Under the pieces are notes generated by a model that was not told the origin of the DNA, ran no database searches, and saw nothing but the letters and a program-made list of their open reading frames with translations. A stretch of 64,000 nucleotides of DNA from the human T2T-CHM13v2.0 reference genome, Homo sapiens: NCBI RefSeq assembly GCF_009914755.1, contig NC_060948.1, one strand, 5' to 3'. Positions 62,222-64,000 of the stretch are shown in pieces (the first letter of the stretch is position 1; the number at the start of each line of letters is the position of its first letter). The translations under genes were made by a program, and so were the position numbers.

Positions 62222-64000
62222 AGATCCATATTTTTTAAATGAAAAAAAATTTCAAAGGTACTCTGCTTGGTACAATAATCAAATGTATAAACTGAGGAAT
62301 AAAACATAACCATGAAACCTACTTATAACTGCATATGGAAAATACAGAGGATAATTTTTTAAATAACATATTTTGAAAGCCTTAACTAGTAATTTGAAGA
62401 GTTGGCATTTGAAAGGCCAGTATGAATATACCTTCAAAGCAGCAACACAGGTTCCCCATGAGAAAAAGCAAACACAGGGAAAATAAAAACACAAAGGTTC
62501 AATCTCTTCTGACCTTTGAAAGACACAGCACAGACAGTGGTCCTTAGGACGAAGAGCAGGAGACCCCTAATTCCGTCACCATGGCGATAGGGCATAAACA
62601 TTGCTGGGTGAGGGCACAATCCACATTGTGAGGTCCAACTGCTGCCAGGAAGACAGGAGTGCTTTTACATAGACCGAAAGGTCATTGAAGGCTCAGAGTT
62701 TTGTTTCAAGAACTGAATCCCAAGCCCACACGTTATTAGGCTGCGCTTCTTAAAACAAGTTATGAGATGGGAAAAAGGGCACCCACAAACATACGTATAC
62801 ATTATGTATATAATAATATACAGTGTCATATATATAATATATATAACCTATGTATAATATTGTTTTACATCCTGCATCTTATGTTATTTATATTGTATAA
62901 AATATAATAATTGATAATATATAAGTTTTATAATTATACAATATGACATATAGTATATATTATAATTTATGACATATATAATATATGTTATATATCATAT
63001 ATCGAATATATTATACGGTTAATATACGTATTAAATATAAATTATACATTATATATATTATATATAATATATCTGTTATATATAATACCCATTATGCATA
63101 ATATATATATTATGTCTATGTTATATATAGTATAAAACAACATATAATAATATATAATTGTATATATAAAATGCGACATATAATATATATTATATTTTAT
63201 AATATATGTAATATATATTATATATTATATATAATACGTTGTATGTATAATACCTATATTAAATATATATTATATGACTATGTTATTAATTACATGTCAC
63301 ATGTGATATATATTATATATTTTACATAGAATATACCGGTTACATACAATATATACTATGTTACCTATAATGTATAATTTATTACATGTAAAATAAAGAA
63401 TGCAATATATTATGTAAAATTTATAACATACAATATGTGGAATGTGATGTATATAACATATAATATATGATATATGATATACAGTATATGATATATAACA
63501 TACAATATATGATTCCTAATATATATGGTATACAATATATATTTTATGATATGTATTCTATATGTTTTATATTCTGTTATATATAACTATTTGAAATTAT
63601 ATATAACTGTATAATATTTTATGTAAATATGTAATATAATATATATAACTATATAATATATTATATATAACTATATATTATGTTATATATACTTTTATAA
63701 CATAATTTACATAAAATATCATAATATAATATATATTATATTATTTCATATTACATAATATATATTACATATCACCCAATATAACTAACATACATAATAT
63801 TATAATATAGATTATATTGTGTAATATTAAATATCATATATATCATGTATCATATATTCTATAATATATATTACACATTATATAATATGTATGTTGTCTA
63901 TTATGTGATATATATAACTATATATATAATTATATTTTTATACATATAACTAGATAAACATGTAATCCTACATATTTTCATTTATAATATGTAGAATTAT

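Overview
The whole window is one head-to-tail tandem array of about 26.5 copies of a 2,409-2,422 bp composite unit, with no inversions or interruptions seen. Each unit is a ~1.56 kb complex AT-rich block, a ~292 bp diverged minus-strand Alu, and a ~565 bp mixed-composition segment. Unit size, the three-part layout, one Alu per unit and a predicted 2,144 bp HaeIII fragment identify it as human DYZ2 / HSat1B satellite. It is most likely from Yq12 heterochromatin, though an acrocentric HSat1B array cannot be excluded from sequence alone. All listed ORFs are chance frames repeated with the unit. I found no genes and no new biological system. The informative signal is the variant structure between units: near-identical monomer expansions, a recurring dimer, an 11-unit-offset duplication, mosaic units and one outlier unit. 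Unit numbering: U1 = 1-2372 (partial), U2 = 2373-4790, through U26 = 60375-62787 and U27 = 62788-64000 (partial). Variant comparisons were made by eye and need confirmation by alignment.
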